64,000 bases of DNA from an uncultured Bacteroidales bacterium (GCA_964477035.1 CAYZCW010000003.1:31540-95539); one strand, 5' to 3'; positions 47,897 to 56,185 are shown, counted from the first letter of the stretch. Numbers and translations: made by a program. The notes: a model not told the origin generated them from the sequence alone.

Positions 47897-48361
47897 ATCA
47901 CATGATTTAATTAAAGCAAAAGTCTGGCGCCAGGATCATTGTAACCCCTCCAGGATTTTCCGGAATGATGGCGTAAATCTAAATAAAAAAGTGTTTCACA
48001 AACTATTTATAGAAAAAATTTTGTGCTTTAACAGAAAGAAATGTTCCATTTTCCCGGAGCGGACAGGAACCCGTGCTTACAAACTTCCTGGAGCGGCCAA
48101 CCCATCCGACGAAAAAAATCTGAAAAAAATCCGGCGCGAAATGCTTGCCCGGAAACCCAAAAGCCGTAAATTTGTGAAGTTTTTTTTGGCAGCATCCTCA
48201 TTTTCAACAGCCAATGATTCAACCAACCGCCACCATGACATCCTCTTTCTTTTGGGTTTATGGCTGTGCTGGTAATTTCACCTAGGTTTCTTTCGCCCGC
48301 TTTCCGGTCCCGCCAAGGGCTCCCGGAGTTTCTGAGCATATACCGAAAGTACCATTGAATG

Positions 48362-48385
48362 ACCAACACCCAAACAACCAACACC
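48362..48385 (+). repeat. Short C/A heptamer-like leader (ACCAACA CCCAAAC AACCAAC ACC) directly upstream of the ATG at 48386
   Basis: It belongs to the same CCAAYNN family as the larger arrays. The ORF track translates it as MTNTQTTNT. Confidence 0.5.
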
Positions 48386-49741
48386 ATGAGCAAAAGAAAA
48401 AATGTGATCATCATCGGCGCCGCCGGACGCGATTTTCATAATTTCAACACCTATTACCGCCAAAACGACAACTACCATGTGGTGGCCTTTACCGCTGCCC
48501 AGATCCCGGATATCGACGGCCGCAAATACCCGGCCGAGCTGGCCGGCGAACTCTACCCGGAGGGTATTCCCATCCACACCCAGGAAGAGCTCCCCAGGCT
48601 GATCCGCGAACTGGAGGTGGATGTCTGTGCCTTCTCTTACTCCGACGTGTCTTACAAGGAGGTGATGGCCGTGGGTGCCATCGTCAACGCCGCCGGGGCC
48701 GACTTCCTGCTGATCGGACCGAAGGAAACCATGATCGAAAGCACCAAGCCGCTGATCGCCGTCGGGGCCGTCCGTACAGGCTGCGGCAAGAGCCAGACTT
48801 CGCGCCGCATCATCGAGGTGCTGATGGAGCACGGCCTCAAGGTGGTGGCCATCCGCCATCCCATGCCGTACGGCGACCTGGTCAAGCAGAAAGTACAGCG
48901 CTTTGCCACGGTGGAGGACCTGCACAAGCACCATTGCACGATCGAGGAGATGGAAGAGTACGAACCCCATGTGGTGCGCGGCAACGTGATCTATGCCGGG
49001 GTGGACTATGAAGCCATCCTGCGCGAGGCCGAGAAGGAAGCCGACGTGATCCTCTGGGACGGGGGCAACAACGACTTCCCCTTTTACAAGCCGGACCTGA
49101 TGGTCACCGTGGTGGATCCCCACCGGCCGGGACATGAGCTGAACTACTACCCGGGCGAGGTGACCCTCCGCATGGCCGACATCGTGGTGATCAACAAGAT
49201 GGACAGCGCCGGACCCGAAGGCATCCAGCAGGTGCGCGAGAGCATCGCCAAAGTGAACCCCGGGGCCGTCGTGGTGGACGGGGCCTCTCCCCTCACGGTG
49301 GACAAGCCCGAGCTGATCAAAGGCAAGCGGGTCCTGGTCGTGGAAGACGGACCGACCCTCACCCACGGGCACATGACCCTCGGCGCGGGAACCGTGGCCG
49401 CCAGAAAATTCGGGGCCGCTGAGCTGGTCGACCCCAGGCCCTTCGTGGTGGGCCGCCTGGCCGAGACGTTCGAGATCTACCCGGGCATCGGCACCTTGCT
49501 GCCGGCCATGGGTTACGGAGCGCAGCAGGTCGCCGACCTGGAAGCCACCATCAACCGGGCCGACTGCGATGCCGTGGTGATCGCCACCCCGATCGACCTG
49601 CAGCGGGTGGTGAAGATCGGCAAGCCCGCCGTGAAGGTCGGCTACGAACTCCAGGAGATCGGCACACCAAACCTCTGCGGACTGGTTTGCGACTTCCTCA
49701 AAAAGAAGAAGTTGACCAAAAGCGACTGTGGTTGTCATTAA
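48386..49741 (+). CDS. P-loop protein of the cyclic 2,3-diphosphoglycerate synthetase-like family
   Basis: About 450 aa containing KNVIIIGAAGRDFHNFN, the Walker A-like AVRTGCGKSQTS, IRHPMPYGDL, WDGGNND and VINKMD. The start was chosen at the second ATG because the first 9 codons are the heptamer repeat. Confidence 0.65.
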   Translation: MSKRKNVIIIGAAGRDFHNFNTYYRQNDNYHVVAFTAAQIPDIDGRKYPAELAGELYPEGIPIHTQEELPRLIRELEVDVCAFSYSDVSYKEVMAVGAIVNAAGADFLLIGPKETMIESTKPLIAVGAVRTGCGKSQTSRRIIEVLMEHGLKVVAIRHPMPYGDLVKQKVQRFATVEDLHKHHCTIEEMEEYEPHVVRGNVIYAGVDYEAILREAEKEADVILWDGGNNDFPFYKPDLMVTVVDPHRPGHELNYYPGEVTLRMADIVVINKMDSAGPEGIQQVRESIAKVNPGAVVVDGASPLTVDKPELIKGKRVLVVEDGPTLTHGHMTLGAGTVAARKFGAAELVDPRPFVVGRLAETFEIYPGIGTLLPAMGYGAQQVADLEATINRADCDAVVIATPIDLQRVVKIGKPAVKVGYELQEIGTPNLCGLVCDFLKKKKLTKSDCGCH

Positions 49742-49748
49742 GCATTCA

Positions 49749-49774
49749 GGGGGCTTCGCGGCCCCCTTTTTTTT
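49749..49774 (+). terminator. Rho-independent terminator
   Basis: GGGGGC-ttcgcg-GCCCCC is followed by TTTTTTTT. Confidence 0.7.
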
Positions 49775-49796
49775 ACCCTGACGAACCCAAAAATCC

Positions 49797-49859
49797 CCAA
49801 TAGCCAATAGCCAACAACCAACAGCCAAAACCCAATAACCAAAAGCCAACAGCCAATAC
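49797..49859 (+). repeat. Heptanucleotide tandem array, 9 units (CCAATAG x2, CCAACAA, CCAACAG, CCAAAAC, CCAATAA, CCAAAAG, CCAACAG, CCAATAC)
   Basis: Strict 7-nt register. The array ends 9 nt before the pyrB ATG at 49869. Confidence 0.9.
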
Positions 49860-49868
49860 CCATTTCAC

Positions 49869-50777
49869 ATGAAAAACAAAAGCCTCGTTTCCATCAACGA
49901 TTATTCCCGGGAGGAGCAGCTGCGCGTCCTGGAGGTGGCCCGGGAGTTTGAGAAGAACCCCGTGCAGACGATCCTCAGGGACCATGTGGTCGCATCCCTG
50001 TTCTTCGAACCGTCCACCCGAACCCGCCTGAGCTTCGAAAGCGCCGCCAACCGCCTCGGCGCCCGGGTGATTGGCTTTTCCGAAGCCAGCAACACCAGCG
50101 TTAAAAAAGGGGAGTCGCTGCGCGACACCATCCTGACCATCGCCAACTATTCCGACCTGATCGTGATGCGCAACCCCGTGGAGGGAAGCGCCCGCTTCGC
50201 CTCGGAAATCTCCCCCGTCCCGGTGATCAATGCCGGGGACGGCGCCAACCAGCATCCGACCCAGACGCTGCTGGACCTTTACAGCATACAGAAAACCCAG
50301 GGAACGCTCGACAACCTGCACGTGGCCATGGTGGGCGACCTGAAGTACGGCCGCACGGTCCACTCCCTGGTCATCGCCCTGTGCAACTTCAACACCACCT
50401 TCCACCTGGTATCGCCCGTGGAGCTGAAGCTGCCCAGCTCGGTGAAGATGCACATCAAGGAGCGCAAGCTGGCCTACCACCAGTATACCGACATGGCAGA
50501 GGTGATTCCCGATGTGGACGTGCTGTACATGACCCGCATCCAGCGGGAGCGTTTCAGCGACCCCCTGGAATATGAGCGGATCAAAAACTCCTACAACCTG
50601 CACCACGACATGATCCTGAACACCCGGGAGAACTTCCGGGTGCTGCATCCCCTGCCGCGTGTCAACGAGATCCACATCAACGTGGACCCCAGCCCCAAAG
50701 CCTATTATTTTGAACAGGCGCTCAACGGGGTGTATGTCCGGCAGGCTTTGATGTCGCTGATCCTGGGGGTCCGCTGA
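49869..50777 (+). CDS. pyrB: Aspartate carbamoyltransferase catalytic subunit
   Basis: Contains FFEPSTRTRLSFE, HPTQTLLD, GDLKYGRTVHS and HPLPR. Confidence 0.95.
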   Translation: MKNKSLVSINDYSREEQLRVLEVAREFEKNPVQTILRDHVVASLFFEPSTRTRLSFESAANRLGARVIGFSEASNTSVKKGESLRDTILTIANYSDLIVMRNPVEGSARFASEISPVPVINAGDGANQHPTQTLLDLYSIQKTQGTLDNLHVAMVGDLKYGRTVHSLVIALCNFNTTFHLVSPVELKLPSSVKMHIKERKLAYHQYTDMAEVIPDVDVLYMTRIQRERFSDPLEYERIKNSYNLHHDMILNTRENFRVLHPLPRVNEIHINVDPSPKAYYFEQALNGVYVRQALMSLILGVR

Positions 50778-50884
50778 TCCTGGGGGGTCCGCTGATCCCC
50801 GCCACGGACCGGCCCGGAAGCCGGACCATGTGGCAGGCAATGCAAATACAAAAAAACAATGCGTCAAGATAAATCAGAGAACCA

Positions 50885-51346
50885 ATGGGAAAAATCATCA
50901 AGGAATTAAAGGTCTCCGCCATCGAGAACGGGACGGTGATCGACCACATACCTTCAAACGCCGTGTTTCAGGTCATCCGCATGCTCAAGCTGGAGACTTT
51001 CGGGAACATGGTGCTGTTTGCCACCAACCTGGAAAGCAAGAAATACGGCACCAAGGGGATCATCAAGGTGAGTGGTCGCTTCTTCGAAGATGAAGAGCTC
51101 AACAAGATCAGCCTGGTGGCCCCCTCGGCCTCCATCATCGAGATCCACGACTTTGAGGTGACCAGCAAAAAGGTGGTGGCCATCCCCGATCAGGTCAACG
51201 GCATCGTCAAATGCTTCAACCCCAACTGCATCACCAATATCGAGCAGCTGCCCGCCCGCTTCACGGTGGTCGACAAGGAGGAGATCCGGCTTAAATGCCA
51301 TTACTGCGAGAAGATCACCACCCGCAAGACCATGGATTTCAGGTAG
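50885..51346 (+). CDS. pyrI: Aspartate carbamoyltransferase regulatory subunit
   Basis: Contains VSAIENGTVIDHIP and the C-terminal zinc-domain cysteines (CFNPNCITN...LKCHYCEK). Confidence 0.9.
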   Translation: MGKIIKELKVSAIENGTVIDHIPSNAVFQVIRMLKLETFGNMVLFATNLESKKYGTKGIIKVSGRFFEDEELNKISLVAPSASIIEIHDFEVTSKKVVAIPDQVNGIVKCFNPNCITNIEQLPARFTVVDKEEIRLKCHYCEKITTRKTMDFR

Positions 51347-51478
51347 CCTTTCGGGCCGGCAAGAAGGAATCGCCCGGCCGGAAGCCTCCTGCTGAACCGG
51401 CAGGACGAAGTCGCCCGGCCGGGGACCCCATGCGGGACCCGGCCGGGCGATTGAATGGACCGCGGGTGGGAACGTCTG

Positions 51479-53158
51479 CTAGAGCTGCACTTCGAACTGC
51501 AACTCTTCCTCTCCCCTTTTAACCACCACGGTGGATACGGCGCCGCGCTGCAGCTTGCCCAAAGCCTCCATGTATGTTTCGATCTCCAGCACCTCGGTGT
51601 CGTTGATCCGGATGATGACGTCCCCGTCCTTCATCCCGGCCTGGTGGGCGGGGCGGTTCTCGATCACGGCCTGCACGCGCAACCCGTCCCCGTCATAACC
51701 GTGGTCCGGCATGAGGCCGAGGGTGGGTGCGTCGGTGCGGCTGCGGCCGCGGGCCACCACGGGCGTGGTGGAAAATGCCAGGCGGTCCTGCCCGTCCAGC
51801 TCCGCCATCATGGCATAGGCCAGTTCCAGGATCTCCCGGGCCCCTTCGTAGTTCACCTTGTCGGGGGTGTCGCCCGGGCGGTGGTAGTCCTCATGGGTGC
51901 CGGTAAAGAAAAAGATGACCGGGATGTCCTTCTGATAGAAGTTGGTGTGGTCGGATCCGCCGGTGCCCCCGGGCGACTTGCGGATGTTGAAATGCTCCGG
52001 GGCCAGCCGGTCGATCAGCGGTTCCCAGGCCGGTGAGGTGCCGGTTCCGATCAGGCTCAGGGAATAATCCTCCAGCCGACCGATCATGTCGAAGTTGAAC
52101 ATGTAGTTGATCTTCTCCATGTCGTAAGCCCCGCTGTTGGTGAAATAGCGGCTCCCGATCAGCCCCTTCTCCTCGGCCCCGAAGCCGATGAAGATGTAGT
52201 TGTGGGCGGTCAGATCCGACTGCGACAGGTAGCGTGCCGCCTCCAGCACCCCGGCCGTCCCGCTGGCATTGTCGTCGGCCCCGTAATGGATGGCCCGCTC
52301 GCCGGGACTCCGCGAGCCCCGGTTGCCGTAACCCACATGGTCAAAATGTCCTCCGATCACCACCGTGGCGGCCGCGCCGTTGTCCAGGTAGCCGGCCACG
52401 TTCAGCCCGGTCTGCTCCTCACGGGTCAGGTCGGTAGACAAGGCCAGGGGCTGTCCGGCCCCGGCCACAAGGGCCTCGTAGGTGCCGGCCCTCAAAAAGA
52501 CCAGGGGGATGTCCAGAGGTTCCCGCACCAGCCTCAGATCCAGGCGCGGATCGTCCCGGTCGCTGCGCGCGTTGACAAACAGGATGCCGGCAGCACCCTT
52601 TTCGGCGGCCAGCTCCAAGCGGTGGGGCAGCAGCTCGCGTGCGTTCATCCCCAGGGCGGTCTCCACCTCCTCAGGCACAAAATATTCCATGATGAACAAC
52701 CTGCCTTCGAGGTCCGCCAGGCCGTCGTAGCCTTCGTAGCCCGGGATGCCTTCCAGCCCGAGGCCGACATCGGCAAAGCCGGCCTGGATCTGCACATTGG
52801 CCGATCCGGGCAGGGTGAAGAAGTCCTCGTCATGCTGAAACACGCGCTGACCCAGCCGCATCGTATTGCCTTCGCCCCACACCCACTCACCGGGGAATGG
52901 AAATGCCTGCAGAAAGGAATCACCGAATAAGGGCTTCAGGCCGATCTCCTGCATCCTTTTTTTGATATAATCTGCGGCCAGCCGCTCCGAGGCGGTGCCG
53001 GACTCCCGCCCTTCCATCTCGTCGGACGCCAGGGTGTATACGTCCTGTTTCAGGCGGTCGATCACCGCCTCCCTGGAAAGGTCGAACGCGGTCTGGGACC
53101 AGCCTGTCAGGGCCGGCAGAAGGATTGCCGCGGCCAGAAATAAGCGTAATTTGTTCAT
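51479..53158 (-). CDS. M28-family aminopeptidase with a C-terminal PDZ domain
   Basis: Starts with the signal peptide MNKLRLFLAAAILLPALTGWSQ and contains GGHFDHVGYG, GADDNASG, GFGAEEKGLIGS and the PDZ-like GMKDGDVIIRIND. The ORF-track start at 53251 was trimmed. Confidence 0.85.
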   Translation of the reverse strand: MNKLRLFLAAAILLPALTGWSQTAFDLSREAVIDRLKQDVYTLASDEMEGRESGTASERLAADYIKKRMQEIGLKPLFGDSFLQAFPFPGEWVWGEGNTMRLGQRVFQHDEDFFTLPGSANVQIQAGFADVGLGLEGIPGYEGYDGLADLEGRLFIMEYFVPEEVETALGMNARELLPHRLELAAEKGAAGILFVNARSDRDDPRLDLRLVREPLDIPLVFLRAGTYEALVAGAGQPLALSTDLTREEQTGLNVAGYLDNGAAATVVIGGHFDHVGYGNRGSRSPGERAIHYGADDNASGTAGVLEAARYLSQSDLTAHNYIFIGFGAEEKGLIGSRYFTNSGAYDMEKINYMFNFDMIGRLEDYSLSLIGTGTSPAWEPLIDRLAPEHFNIRKSPGGTGGSDHTNFYQKDIPVIFFFTGTHEDYHRPGDTPDKVNYEGAREILELAYAMMAELDGQDRLAFSTTPVVARGRSRTDAPTLGLMPDHGYDGDGLRVQAVIENRPAHQAGMKDGDVIIRINDTEVLEIETYMEALGKLQRGAVSTVVVKRGEEELQFEVQL

Positions 53159-53189
53159 CGTTGTCAAAGGAATAAGTGGATAATTGATA

Positions 53190-54824
53190 TCAAAGGCCCA
53201 TCTCGTCCAGCCCCTGGCGGAACACGATGTCGACGGGGATGCTGGCGGCATTCACCCGGTCCAGGTCCGACGCCAGGTGATCCACCATCCGGCCGTCGGC
53301 GGTCACCAGCTCGCGGGCCCTTTCGTAATCCCCGTTGCCCTGGATGGTCAGCACCTCCTGCACCGAGGCGGTCACCGCCTCCCTCATGGCTTCGAAATGC
53401 ACACGGTAGGTGCCGTCCTGCTGGCGGGTAAAGGCCCCTTCCCTCTCAAAAAAGTTGAACCGCATCATGTTGGCGATGCCGTGGGAGCTGGCGGCCCCGA
53501 ACCGGCTGGAGCGGAAGATGCCCGCGATGAAGGTGACGTAATTGTCCATCAGCTCCCCGCTGGTGATCTCACCCCGGTCGTACAGCTCCCCCACCAGGTA
53601 AAGGCCCAGGATGTCCGCCTTGGCCTCCTCAATGGCCGCGTAGTATTCGCGGAGGGCCTCCCGCACCGTGCCACGGCCGTTGATCGTGTTCTTGATCCCC
53701 ATGCCGTGGGCCACCTCGTGGAAGGTGGTGTTCTCGAAGAAGGCATCAAAGGTGATATGTCCCCGCTGCTCCGGGTCGATCAGCATGCCGGCGATCGGCA
53801 CCAGGATGTGGTCGAATTTGGCCCGCATGGAGTTCTTCAGCTGCAGCTTGCGGCTGCCCACCCTGAGCTGCACCTCCTCGTCGTTGGGCAGGTTGATGGC
53901 GATGGTCTTGCTGCCCGCATTGCAGTCGCCCGCATAATACAGGGCGTCATAGACATTGATGTCGGCATCCGTTCCGGGTACCTCCGCCTTGTAAGCCGCC
54001 GGCACGGGCAGACCGGCCTGCAGGTCGGGCAGCATGGCGTTGAATTTTACGAGGCGGGCACTCCATTCGGGGTCCTTCACCAGGACGAAGGCCTCGTGGG
54101 CTGCCTTGTATCCAAACAGCCGGTCCTCGTAATTCTCGATGGGTCCGACGACAAAGTCGATATTGGCCTCCTTCATCTCCATCCAGGCGAAGTCGCTCGG
54201 CTGGTAGTCGTCGGTCAGCAGGGCCGTGGCGCGCATCTCCAGGTAGTTCTTCAGCCCGGGGTCTTCGGCCAGCTCCGCAGCCTGCCGCATGAGCCGGGCG
54301 GCCTCCTCGTGCTGCTCCCGGTAGGCCACGGAGTAGGGAACGGCCACGAGCTGTCCCGCCTCATCCCGCCTCACCAGGGTGTACAGGCTGGCCTTGTCCG
54401 GATGGTCCCAGGCCTCAAACTCCTCCCGGGTCATGTCCGCCGGATAGAAATTCGCCCCCAGGGGTTTGTCGCCAAAGCCCGCCACAAACGGGGCATTCCC
54501 CGCCAGGCGGTCCCACGGTCCGTAGTGTATCTTCGCATACCTGCGGGCGTACTCGCTGTCGATGGATTCCATCAGCGCGTCCTTGTCGCCATAGGCCTGC
54601 ATCCAGAAAATGCCGTCCATGATGCCGGCGGCTTCCGTGAGGATGCGGATGATCTCACGCTCGTTGTCGCTCATCCAGGACAAATCGGCGCTGAGGATTA
54701 CCTCCCTGAATTGCTCTGTGTTGGCTTTCATCATGTCGTCGTATCCGGAGTCCACGCGGGGTCCGCAGGCTGTGAAGGCCAGCAGCAGGATGGCCACCGC
54801 GATCCGGTTCGTTGTTTTGTTCAT
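53190..54824 (-). CDS. Zinc metallopeptidase lipoprotein related to dipeptidyl-peptidase III (M49-like)
   Basis: The lipobox is LLLAFTAC. The zinc motif is HEVAHGMG, with a second motif EEAKAD about 40 residues downstream, matching the DPP3-type HExxxH/EExxxx arrangement. Confidence 0.75.
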   Translation of the reverse strand: MNKTTNRIAVAILLLAFTACGPRVDSGYDDMMKANTEQFREVILSADLSWMSDNEREIIRILTEAAGIMDGIFWMQAYGDKDALMESIDSEYARRYAKIHYGPWDRLAGNAPFVAGFGDKPLGANFYPADMTREEFEAWDHPDKASLYTLVRRDEAGQLVAVPYSVAYREQHEEAARLMRQAAELAEDPGLKNYLEMRATALLTDDYQPSDFAWMEMKEANIDFVVGPIENYEDRLFGYKAAHEAFVLVKDPEWSARLVKFNAMLPDLQAGLPVPAAYKAEVPGTDADINVYDALYYAGDCNAGSKTIAINLPNDEEVQLRVGSRKLQLKNSMRAKFDHILVPIAGMLIDPEQRGHITFDAFFENTTFHEVAHGMGIKNTINGRGTVREALREYYAAIEEAKADILGLYLVGELYDRGEITSGELMDNYVTFIAGIFRSSRFGAASSHGIANMMRFNFFEREGAFTRQQDGTYRVHFEAMREAVTASVQEVLTIQGNGDYERARELVTADGRMVDHLASDLDRVNAASIPVDIVFRQGLDEMGL

Positions 54825-54845
54825 GGGTTTTTAGGTTGGGTCAGC

Positions 54846-54853
54846 CAAATTTA
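54846..54853 (-). promoter_or_regulatory. Candidate -7 box (TAAATTTG) for the M49-like/M28 peptidase operon
   Basis: Exact TAnnTTTG match on the minus strand, 21 nt upstream of the ATG at 54824. Confidence 0.4.
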
Positions 54854-54938
54854 CAAAAAAATGCACCGGCGGCATCCGCGGGCTGCGGACGGGGCCGGTC
54901 AAAATGCGGGGTTTTTGTTAAAAATTCATAAATTGACG

Positions 54939-54946
54939 TACCTTTG
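54939..54946 (+). promoter_or_regulatory. Candidate promoter (TTTG at 54914-54917, 21-nt spacer, TACCTTTG) for the membrane protein gene
   Basis: Exact -7 box with a -33-like TTTG at canonical spacing, 96 nt upstream of the ATG at 55043. Confidence 0.45.
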
Positions 54947-55042
54947 CCCTGGCCTGGCCGGCCGGTGCAGGGGGAAAGGGAACGCCGCATGACGGCCGCC
55001 CCCGCCCGGGCAGGGCCGGCCGTCAAACTTAATTCCACCGTC

Positions 55043-56185
55043 ATGGACCTCATCTTGCTCGGACTCTTCTACATCCTGATGCCCATCCTGATCCTGCATC
55101 TCTGCCACAAATACCGCTACGTCAACAAACTGGGCGCGGTGATGATCGCCTATGCCGTGGGACTCCTTCTGGGCAATATCGGGGTGCTGCCTGAGGAGGC
55201 CATCCGGGTGCAGGACCTGCTGACCACCCTCACCATCCCCCTGGCCCTGCCCCTGCTGCTGTTCTCCATGAACATCCGCAAATGGTTCAGCATCGTGGGC
55301 AAGACCCTGGTGTCCATGTTCATCGCCTTCTTCGCGGTCATCTCCATGGTGGTTCTGGGCTACTTCCTGTTCCGCGGACACGGCATCGAGGAGCTGTGGA
55401 AGGTCTCAGGCATGCTCATCGGCGTCTACACCGGAGGCACCCCCAACCTGGCGTCCATCAAGCTGGCACTGGACGTGGACGAGACCATCTATGTGGTGAC
55501 CCATACGTACGACCTGCTCATCGGGGTGGTCTACCTCATGTTCATGCTGACCGTCGGACAGCGTTTCTTCCTCCGCTTCCTGCCTGCCTTCCGGTACGCC
55601 GACCCCGAAACAGCCGGGAAGGGCGACTTCGATGGCATGGACCCTTACTGGGGCATCCTCCGCAAGAAGGTGTACCTGCCCCTTCTGAAGGCCCTGGGCC
55701 TGTCGGTGCTGATCTTCGGACTGGCCGGGGGCCTAAGCCTGCTGGTGCCGGACAGCGCCCAGATGGCGGTGGTCATCCTCCTGATCACCACCCTGGGCAT
55801 CCTGAGTTCCCTCATCCCGTCCGTCAACCGCATCGAAAAGACCTTCGAGCTGGGCATGTACTTCATCCTCGTGTTCAGCATCGTGGTGGCCTCCATGGCC
55901 GACATCAGCCGCTTCCTCACGGCCAGCCCCGTCATTCTCTTCTATGTGAGCCTGGCGGTGTTCGGCTCCCTGCTGGTGCAGGTCATCCTCTCGCGCATCT
56001 TCCGGATCGATGCGGATACCCTGATGATCACCTCCACCGCCTTCATCTGTTCCCCCCCGTTCGTGCCGGTGGTGGCCGGGGCCCTGAAGAACCGGGAGAT
56101 CATTGTATCGGGCCTGTCCGTGGGCATTGTCGGATACGCCGTCGGCAATTACCTGGGCATCACCATTGCCTACCTGCTGCGGTAA
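55043..56185 (+). CDS. Polytopic membrane protein, putative transporter (possibly DUF819/YjcL-like)
   Basis: 380 aa with about 10-12 TM helices and two similar halves (GVYTGGTPNLASIKLAL in the first half). The family assignment is from memory only. The ORF-track start at 54944 was trimmed. Confidence 0.6.
   Translation: MDLILLGLFYILMPILILHLCHKYRYVNKLGAVMIAYAVGLLLGNIGVLPEEAIRVQDLLTTLTIPLALPLLLFSMNIRKWFSIVGKTLVSMFIAFFAVISMVVLGYFLFRGHGIEELWKVSGMLIGVYTGGTPNLASIKLALDVDETIYVVTHTYDLLIGVVYLMFMLTVGQRFFLRFLPAFRYADPETAGKGDFDGMDPYWGILRKKVYLPLLKALGLSVLIFGLAGGLSLLVPDSAQMAVVILLITTLGILSSLIPSVNRIEKTFELGMYFILVFSIVVASMADISRFLTASPVILFYVSLAVFGSLLVQVILSRIFRIDADTLMITSTAFICSPPFVPVVAGALKNREIIVSGLSVGIVGYAVGNYLGITIAYLLR

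Noticed and set aside
46492-47960. Genomic islet integrated at the tmRNA 3' end (cupin gene, sorting-tail protein, AT-rich DNA).
   Set aside because: No integrase or other mobility gene is present. The only similarity to the ssrA 3' end that I could find downstream is an 8-9-nt match (CCCTCCAG at about 47946), which is too short to call an att site.
51371-51452. Repeated ATCGCCCGGCCGG / CCGGCCGGGCGAT elements between pyrI and the M28 peptidase gene, considered as a mobile REP-like element.
   Set aside because: They form a 13-bp-stem hairpin (51411-51450) plus one extra direct half-copy. This is most simply a GC-rich bidirectional stem-loop between convergent genes. There is no U-tract and I noticed no other copies in the window, so the evidence is insufficient.
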